Notes under the pieces: generated by a model
Told to the model about the DNA's origin: nothing
Databases searched by the model: none
The model's input: only the letters and a program-made list of their open reading frames with translations
In this document: positions 58,801 to 64,000 of the stretch, one piece after another
Layout: each line of letters begins with the position of its first letter
Position numbering within the stretch: the stretch's first letter is position 1
Translations under genes and position numbers: made by a program
NCBI RefSeq assembly: GCF_009834535.1
Contig: NC_045717.1
Span: forward strand, 21,390,001 to 21,454,000
Direction: 5' to 3'
Length of the DNA: 64,000 nucleotides
Source: Camelus ferus
Taxonomy: Eukaryota

Positions 58801-61800
58801 CTGGATGCGAGCCAGGATCTCCCACTCCTGAGGGGACAGCCTCTGAGAACCCTCCCCCGCCCTGTTCCCTCTCAGATCCCTCCCCTCATGCCCACCCCAG
58901 TGTGCCCACTTACCTTCCTCCTCTTCTCAAAGTTGATGAGATCCCCCTAGGGGCAAACTTTGTCTGAACTGGAGCCTCCAAGGTCAAGGATCAAGGGTCA
59001 AGGTCAGGGGCTGGGATGTAGGAAACCTGACTACACTAAGGGGACTAGGGTCAGGAGCACAGGCAGGGTCAAGGGTGTGATGTCAGGAGGCCCACTGGGC
59101 TGAGGGTGAGTGGTGCTGGGGTCAGGAGTCAGGGCTCAGGGCTCAAGGCTCAGACCTCCAGCATGTCCGGCAGGGCTGTATCCAGCATAACCAGGTCCGT
59201 GAGAAAGGTGCCAAGGTATGGGATGGGGCCTGGGGGCAGCTTCTGTGGGGGCCCCAGAACTCCAGTCACTTCAGCCATCACTGACTCCATCACGCTCCAA
59301 CCCCTCCCTGAGGATCCCGCTGGTCCCTCGTTCCAAACCACATCACTCACTGAGGGCAGGCTTCCTAGGGGGGCGGCGTCCTCCTCTTGGGACCCCTCGG
59401 TGGCCTCCTCCTGTGGGGAGGGGAAGGACTGGGCAGTCCTGGGGTCTCTTTGACCCCTCCCTTGGGGAAGATGCCTCAATCACAAGCAATTGTAAAGGCC
59501 ATACTCAAGGGAAAGGGAAAAGGGGGAGAGAGCACATAAGCAGCAGGTAGCAGGCCACACCGAGGACGATGACAAGTGGGGCTCATGGATGCCGTGGAAT
59601 CCTTGCACCTGGCCTGGATGGAACAGGCCCACTGGTGATCCCCAGGAGAAACCCTGAAACTTGCTTTCACAGCATCGCTCTGCCTGGTCATTAGTGACAT
59701 AAATTGCTGGGCAGCTCTTTTACTGTGTGTCTCCCCATCTGGGGCCTGACTCCCTCCGAGGGTAGGAAGCTTGTCCGTCCGTTCACGGCAGAGACTTCTG
59801 GCCAGTGCCCGGCACACAGTAGGTGCTTAATGCAGATTTCCATTCATTCACTTTACAGATACTTACTGAGCACCTGGGCCAGGCACTGTTCTGGGTGCTG
59901 GGGAGGCAGCAGTGAACGAAACAGACAGAAACCCTGGCTGCATGGAACAGACATGAGCTAGGGAGAGACGGCAACCACGGAGCTAGCCAGACAATGTAAG
60001 GACAGGCAGAGATAAGGACAATGGAGGGGGGCTGGAGGTGCTGCGGGTTCAGGGAGGGCCGCTTGGAGGAGGGAACATGTGAGAAGACACCTGCAGGAGG
60101 TGAACATGAAGAATGTTCTGGGCAAAAGGACGGGCTTCATGTGCCATAGATTCTGAATTCTCCCTATGAACCAGCATCTAATTGCAGTTAGAACCTAAAT
60201 CTTGCCTACAATATGTTAGACTTGTTGGCACACATTTTTTTGTTGCTGTTGTTTTTAGTTTTTGCTTATCAAAGTCAAATCCTTAGCACAAATTTTTCCC
60301 CCTTCACTCTGTTCAATCTCTGGCCTTCAGCGACCTTTTCCCTGTAACTTCTGGTATTTGTTGAATGAATAAATAAGGCAGCCACCAAGTGTCAGCTATA
60401 ATGAGGGCAGCAGAGGCAGCTAAAAACATCAAGCTGCCCACAAACAAGAGGAAGGTCATTCCCGCAGCGTAGGAAAAGGACACTGAATGTTGTGACAATG
60501 ACAAGAAATGCCCTGCCAGGCCTCAGGTCCCCTTCCTGAGCCCGGAGGCCGAGGGCTCCTCACCCATCCGTACCTGGGAGAGAATCTCTCTGCTGCTGAG
60601 GTGGTTGTTCTCATCGGAGAAAATCTGCGAAAGTTTCCTGAAAGTGGATAATGGTTCCCTGGCAGGGGGGACAGGAGATGGGTCAGGGTTGGCAGGGGGG
60701 AGAGTCAGAGATGGGAGGGAGTGGGCAAAAGGTCTGGCCCCAGTATCCCTACCCCCAAATCCTTGCTCACCGGCTCAGGGCGCCCCAGCTGCGCTTGAGC
60801 CGGTATATGGGGTTAGACTGCAGGGCAGACAGGATGGCTCGCAGGGAGGAAAAATTCCGCAGTTCTCGGCAGCGCTAGAGGGCAGGATGGGGGACGCTGG
60901 TCACACCCCAAGGCTAATCCCCACATTTGATCCATCTTTCATCCTGTGACTTGTGACCCTATGTCAGACCCTTACAACTCGCCTCACATCTGAAGAGCTA
61001 CTCAGATTCAGACTCCTCCTCCAGGGCCCCTCCTCCCCCACCTGCAGCCCCAGAGCTCCTAGAAGCGCTCATAGCTCTCCGAGACCCAGACCTCTCCTCC
61101 CAGGAGAGTTCAGGTGTCAACTCTCTTCTTCCTTCCCCTCCCCCCTTGGCCCGCCCCCACTCTCTTTCCTGGGCCCCCGTTTCGACTCTTCCTATCTGCC
61201 CTGAGGCTCCTGCCCCACTTCCACCCAGTCTCTTTCAAGGCCCCCGCCTCCTCTTGGCTTTGGCTCCTCCAATCCTATCCCCTCCTCAATGCCCTCTTCC
61301 CCTCCTTATTATTCCTAGACCTGCCCAACGTCCCTCTGCAGTCCCAGCCCCCACACCCCAGCCACCAGCCTTGCCCAACCGCCTCCTAGGCTTTCCTTTA
61401 GGCAATTTGGAGCTCCAGCCCTCCCCTTATCCCCAGACCCGGGTCCCCCACCTTTCCGCCCCCGGCCCCTCCCCGAGCCTCGGCCCCGCTCCTACGCCCC
61501 GCCCCCAAGCTTCCTCCCACCCTCACCCCTCAACAGGCACCTGGGCGATGCGGATCCACTTCTCCAGCCGCTGTGCCCTCTGCGAGGGGGCCAGACCCGG
61601 CGCCCCGAGCACCGAGCCCAGCACGCAGCCGGTCACCGTGTTGAACTGGGTCACAGTGGCGCGTACAGTGGGGGCGGTGCCTGTGGCCCCCGGCCGGTCC
61701 CGCTGCGACCACACGGAGCCCAGGCACTCGCAGGGCCGCACGCGCGAGAAGAGTTCCTGGGCCGGGGGATGGGGTGGGTCGGATCTGTGCTCAGCGGGGC

Positions 61801-61986
61801 TTGCCCCGACCCCTGGCCCTGCGGCGCCCGGACGGATCCTCACCACGTCCATCAGGGTCAGCTGCTCAGCCACCTCGTCTACACTGAAGTCCAGGAGCTC
61901 AGGGCCTTCCCGCAGGGGTCCTTCCTCCTCTTCCAAGCAGCCTACCGGGGAGTCTGGGCGGGGAATCTGGGCAGCCCTAGGAGGTC
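55802..61986 (-). CDS. RGL3: Ral GDP dissociation stimulator-like 3, 3' part (14 exons; 5' exons lie beyond the window end)
   Basis: Exons 61986-61844, 61756-61541, 60874-60771, 60658-60574, 59410-59351, 59242-59156, 58946-58914, 58827-58706, 58023-57928, 57823-57755, 57666-57570, 56943-56791, 56702-56588 and 55920-55802 are all phase-consistent. They encode the CDC25 RasGEF domain ([33 protein letters not shown]) and the C-terminal RA domain. Confidence 0.97.
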
Positions 61987-63879
61987 CTGAGGGAGCATTA
62001 CAGAGGCTTAAAAATCCTGAAGTTTGAATCCAGGACTGGCTGTGTGACCTTGGGCGTCTCTGAGCCTCACTTTTCATATCTGTGGAAGAGCTATCCCTGA
62101 GTGTTTTTAAGAAGGTCAGGACAGCAGTAACGTTCATTGAGCACCTTGGGTGGGTTAACTAGGAAATTTAGCACACTAACTCAGAGAGGGAGGTCCTATT
62201 ATGCACCTTCTACGGGTGGGGAAACTGAGGCAGGAATTTGCCCTAACTCACACCTTCAGTAAATGGCTGGGCAGGGATCTGAAACCAGGTGCTCGGAGGC
62301 TAGAAGAAAAAATAGAGATTTTTGACTTTGAACTTGTTTTGAGATAAGATCTGTCTGCCCTTTTCTGGTGGTGAGTGGTAGTGGTATAACTCTGTGGTAT
62401 AACTTTGTGTTTAAGAGGAAGTTACTGCCATGAAGTCCCAAGTTCAAATCCAAACTTGTCCATCGGCCTGCTGTGAGAATTAAAGCAAGACTTTTAACCT
62501 CTCAGTGCCTTAGTTTCTTCACCTGGAGTCTCTCTCTCTCTTTTTTTCCAAATGAGATCACACATACCAGACTTATATAAATACTATAAGTACTCACTAA
62601 ATATGGTTTTTTCGAGGTGGGTTTCAATAGTGGCTCCCTCTAGGGGACATTTGGGGAAATGGAATGTTGCCACAAAGGGAGCCTGACATGCACAGTGAAG
62701 CATTGTGCCATCCAGCCTCTAGATGTCCCTCCAAGATATTTGCGTCCTTGAAAAGTCTGTTTACAATAATGTGCATCTAGAACCCAACTAGCTTGTTCAT
62801 AAACACTAATTATTTTGGCTCCAGGAATGCAAGGTCCGTGAAAGTCTGGACTTTGTTCTGTTTGGAAATTGCAAGTGCTGTTCACCATTTTGGAAATCGA
62901 TGTTACCAACATCTATGTTCTTGTGTCTGTGTCGTCAGTGTCACCAGTGCACTCCCCTGCATTAGTCTGTGGCTGTCACATTCACCATGATGCTATGGCA
63001 GACAAACTGAACAACTTCAAGTCTCCTAGTGAGGCATGTCCAAGTATTGACACACCGACTAGTACAAGTTATTGTTGTATAAACTGTTTTTGTTTTACTT
63101 CTCCTTCCTACTACATTTCCACTGTCATATTATTATTTTAAAATGATCTGTGTGAGTCTGCTTAATTATCTTTCATTTCAAATTGGGACAGATGGCATTG
63201 CAAAATATTGGTTAGAAAAAGTGGGCATTGGGGGGAAAATTGCATCTAAATCTAATCAAACCTTTAGATCTTACAGCAAATGTGGGGGATAGAGGAACAG
63301 GCTTCATGTCACGATGAGAAAGCAAACAGGTAAATGGAGAAGAATGTAAGAGACTCCTCAGGACAAATGATCCTTTCCCTCCCCCCAAATGGCATTAAAC
63401 AAAAGGCAAAGGAGAACTGTCATAGAATAAAAGAGACCTAAGAAATGAATTCCTTGAATGGATCTTTGGATTTGGAAGAAACAACTATAAAAAAAAGACA
63501 ATTTAGGAACAGTGGGGGGAGGGTTTGAATATTTTAAGTAATTATTGCTGATTTCCTTGGAAAAGATTGTGGACATGATGGTTATATCTTTTTAAAAGTC
63601 CTTGTCAGTTACAGGTGTAAACCAAAGTGTTTATGTATAAGGTGACATAAGTCTGGAATTTGCCTTCAAATCATCCCCCCAAAAAAAATATTTTTCGTCA
63701 AACTGATAATTGTTAAATATAAGCAGTGGGTGTTTGAGTACTCTTCATACTATTCTTTCTACTTCTGTACGTGTCTGAAAATTTCCATGGTAAAAATAAA
63801 GATGTTAAGTTTCCCAGAGCCTAGCATACAATCAATATTCAATAAATGTTCATTTTTCTCCTCTGACCTCAAGAACTCA

Positions 63880-64000
63880 TAGCTTAGGGCAGCACTTTCA
63901 ATAGAATTTTCTGCAGCAGTGGAAATATTTTCTGCTTGTGTTTACTAGTGTCAGCACTAGAAATGTGGCTAGTGTGACCAAAGAACTGAATTTTATTTTT
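63880..64000 (+). mobile_element. MER3/MER33-like hAT-Charlie MITE, cut by the window end
   Basis: cagcactttcaatagaattttctgcagcagtggaaatatt...agcactagaaatgtggctagtgtgacca. Confidence 0.7.

Noticed and set aside
61146-62027. 293-aa plus-strand Pro-rich ORF (also the 250-aa ORF at 57257-58009)
   Set aside because: Antisense or off-frame shadows of RGL3 exons and C-rich introns.

Overview
Mammalian genomic DNA, probably a camelid (alpaca, llama or camel) judging by about 10 copies of a young tRNA-Ala-derived SINE resembling camelid Vic-1. Gene order matches human 19p13.2 as I recall it: TSPAN16 (+, here apparently a unitary pseudogene), RAB3D (-), TMEM205 (-), CCDC159 (+), PLPPR2 (+), SWSAP1 (+), EPOR (-) and the last 14 exons of RGL3 (-). 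I walked the splice junctions by hand; all are GT-AG and preserve phase. There are two N gaps (4911-5163 and 38860-39016); the second hides the long PLPPR2 C-terminus. The most interesting signals are: (1) TSPAN16 gene loss through a TAA stop, a +1 frameshift, a 12-bp deletion and degraded splice sites; (2) a tail-to-tail pair of near-consensus REST/RE1 sites downstream of PLPPR2; (3) a TSD-flanked 350-bp element made only of an L1 5' end fused to an L1 3' end; (4) a 93-nt, in-frame, stop-free EPOR intron 7, whose human counterpart gives truncated EPOR-T when retained, plus a shifted EPOR N-glycosylation sequon; (5) dual-frame C-terminal exons in PLPPR2; (6) CRE and UPRE motifs apparently derived from a MIR, plus a MIST1 E-box, in RAB3D introns. 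Comparisons with human proteins and repeat consensus sequences are from memory and need alignment to confirm.
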